A DNA stretch of 63,026 bases, counting the filler, from Stramenopiles sp. TOSAG23-2 (taxonomy: Eukaryota): the NCBI GenBank assembly GCA_900128395.1. It is 9 parts of 9 records of this genome, joined end to end, with 100 filler letters (N's around TTAATTAATTAA, not from the genome) between each part and the next. Parts side by side here need not be neighbours in the genome. Positions count along the whole stretch, not along the records: positions 14,085 to 21,000 come from LT650381.1; positions 21,101 to 28,015 come from LT650382.1; positions 28,116 to 35,027 come from LT650383.1; 6 more parts are not named here. One strand, 5' to 3'. This document shows, one piece after another, positions 20,568-31,709 of the stretch. The translations under genes and the position numbers were made by a program. Position 1 is the stretch's first letter. Each line of letters begins with the position of its first letter. The notes beneath the pieces were generated by a model. That model searched no databases and was not told the DNA's origin. It saw nothing but the letters and a program-made list of their open reading frames with translations.

Positions 20568-21000
20568 ATGGTTAAGCAAGATTTTAGAAAAATCCAGAAC
20601 CTAGACGAGTTTGAAAAACTAGTAAATTCATTTACAGAGGAGCGAAACAATTTAAAACAACGGGTCATGGAAGAAAAAGGCATATCAGAAATTTCTGAAT
20701 TAGATATTGAAAAAAAGGCAGCTCCAGTTGTCAGAGCAATTGAAGGCTTAAAACAGGATCTAAAACCAACCAGAACATACTTTCAAATGTTTGAAAATCA
20801 AGCAAATACTTCCGGTAAAAAAGTAACTGAAGTGAAAGCACAGAGAGTTTCTGGAAAAATTATCCAAAAATTAGGCACAAATGGCATTGTAGAAATAGAC
20901 GCTCTGAAAGACAACCGAATAAGTATTATAAATGTAAGGGATCCGCAAAATAGAGTGATTAATATTAATCTTACACCAGGTTTAGGTGAATTGGTATTTA
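20568..21000 (+). CDS. Polinton-type conserved uncharacterised protein, 3'-truncated
   Basis: N-terminal helix ending IEKKAAPVVRAI and LTPGLGELVF resemble the FKPITxxL...TPGLxEL motifs I recall from Polinton/adintovirus ORFs. Confidence 0.55.
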
Positions 21001-21324
21001 NNNNNNNNNNNNNNNNNNNNNNNNNNNNNNNNNNNNNNNNNNNNTTAATTAATTAANNNNNNNNNNNNNNNNNNNNNNNNNNNNNNNNNNNNNNNNNNNN
21101 ATATTACTTTAACACGAGAAGTATAAAAATATTATAACTTAGATTTTAACCATCAACTATATTCATAAGAAGAGTAAGAGAACATTTTATATATTAAATG
21201 ATACTCGTATGTGTGCGTACGTATTATAATTAATTACTTCGCGTATTTAATGATAAACACTTAATATACACACACGGGGTAAATATTTTAATATTGACAC
21301 ACTCTGCAGTTCATTTCGTCAATA

Positions 21325-24300
21325 TTAAATCACTTCATAATTACTCGTATCATTATTATCATTTGGATTCTTTTCTTCTTCTTCATTTACATCGCTGATA
21401 TCATCAAATGTTTCACCATCATAATCAGGCGGAGGGTAATTATTATTATTATTATTATTGTTATTATTACTGCGGTTGCTTCTGCTATTATTGTTACTCC
21501 TTGCTTGAGGTGCTGGAGGTATTTCAAAATCGTTTTCTTTTCCATCGAATATACCGCTTGGGATACCACTACATGCAATACGCGGAGGTGGATTTTGACC
21601 TTTTCCTGTCTGATTCCACTTCGGTTTTGTTGGAGGAGAGACCGATTTTGATTTCACCAAGTAGTAATCGATATCTTTTTCTGTCCCTGGTTGACTCGGA
21701 TGCATTTGTGACAAATACCAATTCAATAGACCAGATCTTAAACGGCAACGGAATAATGTAAATTTAAATTCTTCATCTTCACCATTGTTATGTATCATTG
21801 TAGTAAATGTGTACTTTGGCACACCATTGAAAAATCCATTAAATACATATTCACCATTTACATGTGTGAAACCGGCGCCAGATACAGTGACTCGTGCATT
21901 TTTATAAGCAAGAATATCTTCGGCTAATGTTGGCATTCCAGCAATTTTTGCCATCTCATTAATTTTGACCTCTTTCTTCTTTAACTCTGCCACTATTTTT
22001 GAAGCACCACCATTATCAAATGTTATATAATAGTTCTTCGACCATTTAACAATCCATGTCCATTGATCTTTAATCGATGTTAAATATTCACGTGCAACGT
22101 CGCACATCATCATAAATCTATAAATCGAACATATTACCGACCATGGAACTTTACGACTGTTTTGTATATTGTTGTTGTTGTTGTTACTGTTTTCAGAATT
22201 TATAACTAATTTTTTAGCGAAATTCAAAAAACCAAAATCTTCGTGTAAAAACGTTAATTGCAATCGGCTTATCTGACCTTCATCTTTCACTTCTAAAATA
22301 TGTTTCAGTATTACCAAAGCAGAATCAAGCATTTCGTTGTATGCATCAACGTTACTACTGCTCGTTAATGTACGCAATATAACTTTCAACAACTGGTGAC
22401 TGCTAGTAATGTCACCGGTAGCATAACTAGATTCAAGTAGCATTGGGACGTTCATCCGGCATTCCCTTGATTCCTTGAACAGTTTCTGTTGAAAGATTTT
22501 ACTTGTAAATGCTTGAAGGCATGTTTCCGTTAATGCTGACTTCAAATCAAGCTCACCATATTCAGCACTAGTTGGATTTCCCCTAAATTTTAAATCGTCA
22601 GAAAATTTCAACTTTTTCAAATCCCTCCATGCAGTACCTTGCGATGTCTTCCAAGTCTCCATATAAAAGTGTTGAAAGCTTGATTTTGGCATTTTGCCAT
22701 CTTCAGTCAATTCTTCACCGTTGAATATTTCTTTCACCTTTTCTGTTCTGATTCCATGGTTGCGTAGATCTGGTTTTCCAGCACCACATGCTATGCAAAA
22801 CTTTATGAATTCGTCCATACTCATCCCACCACTAGGAGCAAATTCATCAAACAAATCGGAGAAAGCTTTGCTTGCATTTGGACTTAACCTGAGCTCATTT
22901 TCATCTACAAATGGATCGCGTTTGCAATTTAAAACGCCAACAAGAACAGCAATAGTATCGATGACATTGGCAAAATTTACATTACTAGAGTGCGTCTTTC
23001 CGACGTTCTTAATTTCACCACATGCTGCTTGCAAAAATGGAGGTGACATGTCGTTTAATAATAAATTGATTAGCTTACTAACACCAGTGTTCCTCAATAA
23101 GTAATCTCGAACATTTTTCTCTGCAGCCAAATCTCTTAAAAGGAGAAAGAATTCATCAAAACGCTCAGCATTTTTTGCCGCTAATTTCAACAAATTCATC
23201 ATTTTCTCAGCTAGTTTACAAGTCCAAGTTCCAATATTTTCCTTTGTAGCAATAATATTATTTTCATATGGAGACAAAGCTCGAATACTGGAACCTACCA
23301 ATGAAACCAACATTTCCCGACTTGTGCCATGCTCGCACCCTAATAAAATTTCACTTAACCATTCACCTTGTGCAAGGCAAGATAAGAACCACGTAGATGC
23401 TAAAACATTTTTATTTAAATGACGACGAAGTGCTAGATGCCATTTGCCTACATTGTTTTTGTTTCTTGTATGTAGAATAACATCCAAAAAATGACGCATA
23501 CCCACAGTTGCTAGTGAGTTGGCGCTTACTATATTGTTGTTTCCAGGTATTGGTGCAGCGTATTCAGAATTCGTTTCTGTTGGAGCATTCATACACATCT
23601 TCAACAAAAAATTTGAATAATAATTTTCAAATAAATATGAATTGCGAATATGTGAGCTATTTGCATCCCACACTTCCTGTTCTGAAGACGAAGGTTTTGC
23701 AACAACTTCATTTAATGCATCCTGCATGCCACTACCATCTTGCACATAATTTTGTGGAACTTCTTGTTTTTGAATGCGCTCATAAAACAATATTGTCGCA
23801 TTATGCATTTTCTCAATTCTATGTTCCTGCATACCATTGCCATTCCACTGTGATCTGCCGTAGGAACGTGTTTCATACCCACCAAAGGCTTCGTCGCCCA
23901 ATTTTTCAACTGGAAATGGGGTTATCAGCTCATCGTCAAATTTGTACCACTTGCCATCGCCACCATCATCGTCATTATCCGGGACCCGTCCAAGTGAATA
24001 ATAGTGCCCACCTTGAGCTATACCCTTATGTATTACTACACCACGGAGACGGTATGCGTATTTATTATTCACCGCTGAAAAATCATTGGAATCAGCCCTT
24101 GAAATTCGAGATGGCGATGATTCGATTGTTTCTGATTTGTCTTTTGATTCTTGGTCCTTTTCATTGGCTTCAATATATTCCTTCGTATATGGCTCCATAT
24201 TCAGCACCATTGGAAACTCAACACGATCATTTCGCTTCACTGTTTCCCAGGTTTCGTAATCCAGCTCGAATCGATTCAATGCAATCACAAACAGATTTGG

Positions 24301-27300
24301 CAAATCCCCAAAACATGCTCGGCTTAAAGTTGGTTGTTTATACGCCTTTTGCTCCAATGCTTCTGTCAGATTATTATCTTCCATAAACTCTTTGCAAGCA
24401 CTACAGTCTACTTTATTATCCCCATCTAACATTTCAGATTCAATATATTTTTCAAGCGCGTCTTCAATATCAGGTTTCTTTGGCATTGGTAATTTTATGC
24501 AAATCATATCCGCCTTTTGCTCCCTTGTACCATGGGCGCATGCTTCGTATTCGATATTACCAGGCTTGTTCTTTAACACACACTTCTTTTCCGGTTTTGG
24601 AATTTTTTGCATTACTGTATTGCCACTAAAACATTCTTTTAACCATTTTAAACTTAATGGAAACTCTTTTGACTCACCTTTTTGTGAGTATTCTATCATG
24701 TCCAATAGCTTGGTTAAAAACTCATCAGAATCATTTTGATGATATGGATTATGTTGCATCTTCAAAGCCATGCACGAATCAACGAACTTTTTTGCGTCAT
24801 AATAGCGCATTTGGCTATCTTTCAAAAATCTGAAGACACTCTGCGACTGGACCAAAAGCTCAGCCGCAGCTTCTTCTTTACTTGGTGGCCCAGGTTGAAG
24901 CGCAACTCTTCCTGGTAATTCCTTATGTGGGGGCCTCCCTTCACTTAACCGAAACTCTGCAACATCACCATCACCGTACGTAATAGTATGCATTTCTGAT
25001 GATAGATCATAACTCGTCACTTCACCTTTATACCATTTACTGCTATCCCACTGTACATTCACTTTCTTGCCAACCAGCGTCTTAGGATCTACAGTACTTA
25101 AATCTATTATTTCATACTCATTGTTACGCAAATTTTTAACTGGAGCATTTAAAACCCCTTCCCGGATCTCTTTTATTAAATACAATTGCTGTAACACAGC
25201 ATTCATATAGCAAGTGCAACCTTGATTTTTTAAACCTACATATCGACTTTCTTTTTTATCCACATCTGGTTCATAAGCCCAACCAATCTTATCAGCACGT
25301 ACACTATTTTTAAATTTTCCAGCAAGTTGAACAATTTTGGATAAACCTGCAGGATCTACCTTCACCAGTTGTTGCAACAGTTTGAAAGCATTGTGACGAG
25401 TGATTGGCAATCTGCACAAAGGCCATGCATCCTTTGCATCTATCGTAGGGACAGAAAATAAATACTTGGAATAAAGCTTTTCTACAATTTCTGGTTCATT
25501 TTCAATTACGAATTTGTAAGCTGTTGGTTGCTTTTCAATGAGTTTAGCAAATAATTTTAAACAAGAAATAGAAAAAGAATGTTTAAATCCCGTGTTAATG
25601 TTTCCACTGTATTGGGATAGGTATGGCTTCTCATCATTCGGATATGATTTCAGGCTGCTCACAAGGTAGTGCACAACTTTTGCCAGCATGTCTGAATTAA
25701 GTTTTNNNNNNNNNNNNNNNNNNNNNNNNNNNNNNNNNNNNNNNNNNNNNNNNNNNNNNNNNNNNNNNNNNNNNNNNNNNNNNNNNNNNNNNNNNNNNNN
25801 NNNNNNNNCATGTCAGAATTAAGTTTTTCAGTTAACTCTTCAAACATTGTAAAAAATTGAGGACAAGTTCCAACATCGCCATTTACTTGGCTAAGAGCAG
25901 TGTGCAATAAATCAAATATACGTGGGAAAAAACTTTCTTTTTCCGACATCTGCAGAATCAACGCAGCTGCTCTCTCACGAACTTTCTTTGATTTGTAACG
26001 TAAAATAACATTCTGTATCAAAAATTCCAGCTCATTCGATGCAAATAATTTCTCCATTTGCATATCCCCATTTCCTTGTTTTAATATAAATTGCAATATT
26101 TCCAAGGTATCAATTAAAAACTGCACTTGATTGATACCACCAAAATTATTTACTTGGTTTGATTGCGCTTTAACACTTGATGCAATAACGTCAATCATTT
26201 GATCTATAACTTCATCAAGATTGACTGTGTTCTTAATAGTCAACTCAGCACTTTCTGATAAAACATGATTATCAGGAAATCCCAATAAGCAAAATTTTAA
26301 AATTCTTATAGCAATAGAGTGCCCTAAAGCAGGAACGATATTAGCGTCTTTCTTTAAAAAATCAAGTACATATTTAAAGCCATTTGAAGCAATAAACCTT
26401 TCTCTCCATTGACCCAGTTCTTCAGCGGTTTTTGATTCCGACGGTACTAAACAAGAATCAATCACTTGCAAACAATAAATAGCTCGATACACAGACCCAT
26501 CGATTAGCAATGTTTTCCATGTGTTATCATTCATTTCCATTGTTTTAGCCTCCACGCTTGTTAATATTTCTTCATGCGTTGGCAAATCCATTAAAAATTG
26601 CCAGATCGCACCACGTAACTGGTCGTCTTCAGTGGTTCCGAGCAGTTGAAATAAAATTTCGATATATTTTGAAGACGTTGCTATTAGGTCACCCGGACTA
26701 TCTTGGTTATCATCATCATCATCGGAGACGTTCATACCACCGTAATTTGGGCTTGTCAAAATAGCAGATACTTCATCCCCATCGGTAAGGCCTACTTGGT
26801 TTAATGTTTTACGTTTATTTCGTAAATCAAGTCGGCTACTATTATTAGAATTTATAGAGTTGATTAGTTTCACATTATTTGCATTATGATTGTATTTATT
26901 TGAAATGAAATTGACCAAAGAATTTATAGTCATGTTTGTATGTACTTTGCATGAGGTTTGTTCAAGATTTCTTTGATTGCCTTGCTGTTGCGAATTTAAT
27001 CTATATTGGGAATTGCTACTTTGTATTTTCCTCACCTTAATAGTTAGTTTGAACGGCGAACCCCTTCCTCGTGCTTGATGTGCTAACGATGTCCCACTTC
27101 CACATTGTGAAACAAACTTTTTTAATAAAAATATTATTCGAGAATGTTCCTTAACTCGTTGATCTTCTGATTTATTATTACTATCATTATTATCATCCTT
27201 CTTACATAATTCTTCAAAGCATCGATTTAAAAATTGCGTATGCGTACTTTCATCAAAATTCTTTATGTTACGATATAGACTCAGGAGTAAACTGGCTGCA

Positions 27301-28015
27301 TTTTTGTAGCATCCTTCATTCCCTTCTATTGTTACTTTCCATAACACGTCAATGCCTGATAAATCTAAATCATAAACGTCCATTGAAATATCAGTGGAGT
27401 AAATGTTAGATATTTTTTGAGGTGTACATTCTTGATTGACACTGATGAATAAATTACGAAAACATTCGTATGCGTTAGTCGTGCATGCTTTTGGATCAGA
27501 ATAAAGCTGTTTACAAATCATCCCTTCAAAAATCGCTTGGCGTATGTTGACATCAAACGCCGGGTACAATTTACGTTCCAGTTGTTGGCTAGCAGCGCCC
27601 GACATCCACCCAATCAATACGTTTCGTTCCTCCGTTGAAGATAATAGATCCCATAATTGCTTCATTTGGCTTAATGTTAAACGGGGTCCATCATCCTTCC
27701 CGTTTAACGCTCGTATCAAATCTAGCCTAATTCTTAAGTAACGCTTATATCGACCCCTGCTCGAAATTTCTTTAGATTTTCCTTGCATTACTTTTAGCTC
27801 ATCAAATAAAAGCACTTTAAGATTTGTACCCCGATCATTCCATAGCTTTAATAATGGTTCTCCCGTAGTATATCCTAAAACCAATCGAAGCATAATGGTA
27901 AATACTCGCAGCAACCTTTGGTTCATATCTTCCCCTTCTGATTTGGATGCAGTTTCCATAGCCATTTGAATATTTCTTATGCATTGAGCTGCATATGCAT
28001 CCCTGAATTTCTTCC
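21325..28015 (-). CDS. Ubiquitin C-terminal hydrolase (peptidase C19, USP9/24/34-like), 5'-truncated, spanning the internal N gap 25706-25808
   Basis: GLKNQGCTCYMNAVLQQL Cys box, QNDSDEF, GVVIHKGIAQGGHYYS His box, WYKFDD; upstream ARM/Ubl-like region. Confidence 0.92.
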
Positions 28016-28723
28016 NNNNNNNNNNNNNNNNNNNNNNNNNNNNNNNNNNNNNNNNNNNNTTAATTAATTAANNNNNNNNNNNNNNNNNNNNNNNNNNNNN
28101 NNNNNNNNNNNNNNNATATTACTTGCTAATTTACGATGGTTTGCTCATGGTGTATTCAAGGGATCCATGGGTCATATGTTTATATTATACAACCTTGTAA
28201 ATACTATATTTGAATTGTCTAAGCCAGATATGTTAATAACGACAATGATTATTATACGGGAAATTGTACTTTATATCGATGAAGATTTTCAATTTGATCA
28301 AGAGTCATAATAAGAGGACTATAAAAAACAAAAGCTAATTTTAGAAGGCGATCTATTAGTTACGACGTGCAAACGTTGGCCAAACGGATTGTATAGTAAC
28401 GATTAGGCACTTCGAGCTGAATACAGTATTGCACTGATCCAAAGCGGCAGCTAAGGATTTGATGATCTTGCCAATTCAGTATAGGGAAATATCGTATGAT
28501 AGGCATCGTATCTATCGCGAATGGTTTTGCCACCAGTTGTAGCCCTAGTCCTTCATCATATATGTAATAATATAATGTTGGATTAAAATATAACTTTCCT
28601 CTAAAAGGAACACATTATAAAAACAAAGGCTGGTAGTGGTACATAGTTTGATGAGCTATATGCCCCCTGGCAATCAGGAATAAATTTATCGCAGACTTAG
28701 TAATACAAAAACAACAAGAAAAG

Positions 28724-29758
28724 TTGCAAAAATCAGAAGGAGAAGAAAAAGAATTATATTTCTTTCAAAGGAAGAAATATTTTTCTACGATTATATTATT
28801 TCACAATCAAGTTACTGGAAAAAATGTGGATGTTTTAATGGAAAATATGATTGCAAAATATCACGAATTGGATCATAGCTTATTAGAAGAGATAATTGCA
28901 TCATACTTTTTAACGAATTGGATTCAAAAAAAATGGCCACCTATGAGATCTCGGCCATTAGTTCAATCACAAGGAAAGTTAGTACTTCCAAATTTAATCA
29001 ATAAATTCAAAACGTTTGAAAGTACTATGTCACATCTTTTTTTTGAATTTTTTCATGTTACTTCCTATTTCAAACATTGTGCAAAAATAGTGCATAAAAA
29101 TTTAGTACAAGGAATAACGGAATTACCAATTGAAATTTGTGATTATATATCAACATTTTTATATCCAAAAGAATTTACATCTAAATTAAATTTATGGCAA
29201 TCAGATGAGAAAAAAACTGGATGTAAAAAGTATCACCCAATTTATTTTTCTAAAATAGATAATGGTAGTAAAAGGATGAATGATGGATTGACAATTAAAA
29301 ATAATATTTATTATCAATTACATGATATAATTGTTCATCGAAATAATCAAAATGGTTGCAATAACTTATTATCCACAATAGTATCAGTCTTGCAAAATTT
29401 AAATGCAACTGGAATTATGCTTGATTTTACGGTTGATACGTTTTTGCCTACATTAATGTATAATTATCGGAATTGTGATAATCAAAATATACCAATATCA
29501 TCGACAGTATCATCTACAGATGATTACAAACGTATTGTTGTATATCATATTGGTATTTTATTTAAATCGTTGCAAGATGAGCATCATTTTTGCATGGAAA
29601 ACTTTGAAAATTTATCATCATCGTTTAAAAAGCAATTTGAATATGTAAAGCTTGATTTTCATGATTTGATACGAAATAATATAGGTACGCTGAAATTGCA
29701 TGGAAAAGAACAATTTGTTATAGATGAATTTCAACAAAAAATAGTTGGGTGGTGTTGA
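28724..29758 (+). CDS. Hypothetical protein with F-box-like LPIEICDYISTFL motif (start uncertain; first ATG 28838)
   Basis: 344-codon open frame; single short motif. Confidence 0.5.
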   Translation: MQKSEGEEKELYFFQRKKYFSTIILFHNQVTGKNVDVLMENMIAKYHELDHSLLEEIIASYFLTNWIQKKWPPMRSRPLVQSQGKLVLPNLINKFKTFESTMSHLFFEFFHVTSYFKHCAKIVHKNLVQGITELPIEICDYISTFLYPKEFTSKLNLWQSDEKKTGCKKYHPIYFSKIDNGSKRMNDGLTIKNNIYYQLHDIIVHRNNQNGCNNLLSTIVSVLQNLNATGIMLDFTVDTFLPTLMYNYRNCDNQNIPISSTVSSTDDYKRIVVYHIGILFKSLQDEHHFCMENFENLSSSFKKQFEYVKLDFHDLIRNNIGTLKLHGKEQFVIDEFQQKIVGWC

Positions 29759-30158
29759 TTTATAAAATATTAACATTAAATTAAAAAATATACAGTTTTT
29801 ACAAGTTTTGTATACAGTTTTTATACAGGTTTAGAGGGTAATAGCACTGCGAACGAGGTAGGTATATGAGTATAATAACTTCGTAACAAAAAAGATTTCC
29901 TGATATTTGGATTTACATTGTTCACTATTTTACATTCCAGGCATTCTATTTATATATTATTTGCTGTAAATTGATATGCAACATATGGAGCTTGAAATGG
30001 AAATTTTGTTATAACCTAAAAGAACAAAAAGTGCCAAAACAAACCTTAACCTACCAGGTATAAAACACAAGCCAAAAAGTGGTGTACAAAATTCGAGGAG
30101 GAGTGCGAGGAGAGGAGATAAAAAAAAAGCAAAATATATATATTATATTAAATTAAAC

Positions 30159-31418
30159 ATGGGAGAGACCAAATATGTCTGTACATACGATAAATATAGA
30201 CACGACACAATATGTGAAAGAAAAAGGTATTGTCTTCATATTGTATATCATAAATACACCCATACCATGAAGGCAGTCAAAGCAATTGCGACCTTTATGG
30301 TCACGGCCATGTTTAGCTTCATAGTGATCATGCAAAATAATTTTTTCAATAATAATAATAATAATAATCACAATAGAATTGTACATAGTAATAATAAGAA
30401 AATTAATAAATTTCGTACGGCGAAACCTCCATTTTTTGACCATGTCGATGTTTTTGACCATAATTTATTAAAGAATGCAGGGAGAAAGATATTGGATAAC
30501 GACATGGCTGTTGATGAGCGTCTAAGCAATATTCCGAAAGTCATTCATCAAACATGGAAAACAAAAAATGTACCAAAATGGGCAAGGCTTCCTGTTAAAT
30601 CTTGGAAACGATTAAATCCTGAATTTACATATAAACTATATAACGATGAGGATATGGAGAAATATGTAGAAAAGTATTATCCAAAAATATTAAATTTTTA
30701 TAAGAACAATATGAAACCAGTACAACGTTCTGATGTTTTTCGCTATGTTGTTATATATGCTGAAGGTGGTATATATGCAGACATAGACACAACATGTGCT
30801 GTACCAATACATAAATGGTTAACATATACTGAAAATAAAACAAAACTAGCACCATCAATGAAAAATAATGTAAATAAATTATTATTACGACAATCACCAC
30901 CGCCGACGAAAAAATACAATTTTATTGTTGGTTTTGAAGCAATACAAAAAAAACCTGGTTGGGAGAAATATTTTGCTGCTGAATTTCAATTATGCCAATG
31001 GACATTTGCTGCCAAGAAGAAACATTGGTTATTAAAACATGTATTGGATCGTATATTTGAGTATTATGATAATGGAAAACATTTAAAATCGAAATCCATT
31101 ATTAAAAGTACGGGGCCTGGAATATGGAGTTATGCAATGAATGATGCATTTAAAATGAAATATAATATAACGTTTGGTGTAGCACCATTTAATCATGAAA
31201 TGCTTGGCAAATATGGTGCAAAAGTCGGTGATGATATATTAGTATTACCTACATCAAGTTTTGGAAGACCATTTGGTGGTATTGGGAGTAGCGATAATGT
31301 TTTAATTTGGCATGGATTTCAAGGAAGTTGGAAAAGTTTGCCATATCAATCACATCAACGACATGATGATAATGATGATATAAGTAATGGGATATATGAT
31401 AACGTATTGAATGGTTAA
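30159..31418 (+). CDS. GT32 (OCH1-like) DXD glycosyltransferase, type II membrane protein (likely start 30267)
   Basis: IPKVIHQTWK, RSDVFRY...EGGIYADID, QLCQWTF, TGPGIW, HGFQGSWK; N-terminal signal anchor. Confidence 0.9.
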   Translation: MGETKYVCTYDKYRHDTICERKRYCLHIVYHKYTHTMKAVKAIATFMVTAMFSFIVIMQNNFFNNNNNNNHNRIVHSNNKKINKFRTAKPPFFDHVDVFDHNLLKNAGRKILDNDMAVDERLSNIPKVIHQTWKTKNVPKWARLPVKSWKRLNPEFTYKLYNDEDMEKYVEKYYPKILNFYKNNMKPVQRSDVFRYVVIYAEGGIYADIDTTCAVPIHKWLTYTENKTKLAPSMKNNVNKLLLRQSPPPTKKYNFIVGFEAIQKKPGWEKYFAAEFQLCQWTFAAKKKHWLLKHVLDRIFEYYDNGKHLKSKSIIKSTGPGIWSYAMNDAFKMKYNITFGVAPFNHEMLGKYGAKVGDDILVLPTSSFGRPFGGIGSSDNVLIWHGFQGSWKSLPYQSHQRHDDNDDISNGIYDNVLNG

Positions 31419-31709
31419 AAGAAAAAAAAGGGAGAGAGGGGGGAAGTTTTTGGGTCACATAAGAATGATTATAGAGAGAGGGAGTATAATTTATATCGTA
31501 CGAAGTCGTATATCGTATTCGTATCATATTTTTTAACGAGGAGATCATATTTATAAAAATAATAATATATTGATATTTTGGTATATATTTTTTAAAAATA
31601 TTTCAATAAACATATATCATACGAAGTTCGTACAAAAGCATTATATCTCTTAAATTTTAAATTATACACACATACACATTGCCTATCTCTTGTACGTACA
31701 TTTTTTTAT

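Larger units (their letters stand above)
18170..21000. mobile_element. Polinton/Maverick- or adintovirus-like endogenous viral segment (partial, right end at contig edge; left boundary approximate)
   Basis: Packaging ATPase, Polinton-type ORF, compact intron-less small ORFs, CpG-poor composition unlike flanking host DNA. Confidence 0.8.

Noticed and set aside
23508-24386. 292-aa and other antisense or overlapping ORFs in the ORF track
   Set aside because: Shadow frames of well-supported genes on the opposite strand, with no motifs of their own
25706-25808. Two separate genes either side of the internal N gap
   Set aside because: Both flanks carry the near-identical catgtc(t/a)gaattaagtttt overlap; merging gives ...LNSDMLAKVV..., a single USP gene
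29875-29886. loxP-like arm (ataacttcgta)
   Set aside because: No paired arm with an 8-bp spacer and no recombinase; better explained by the host TACGA/TCGTA motif
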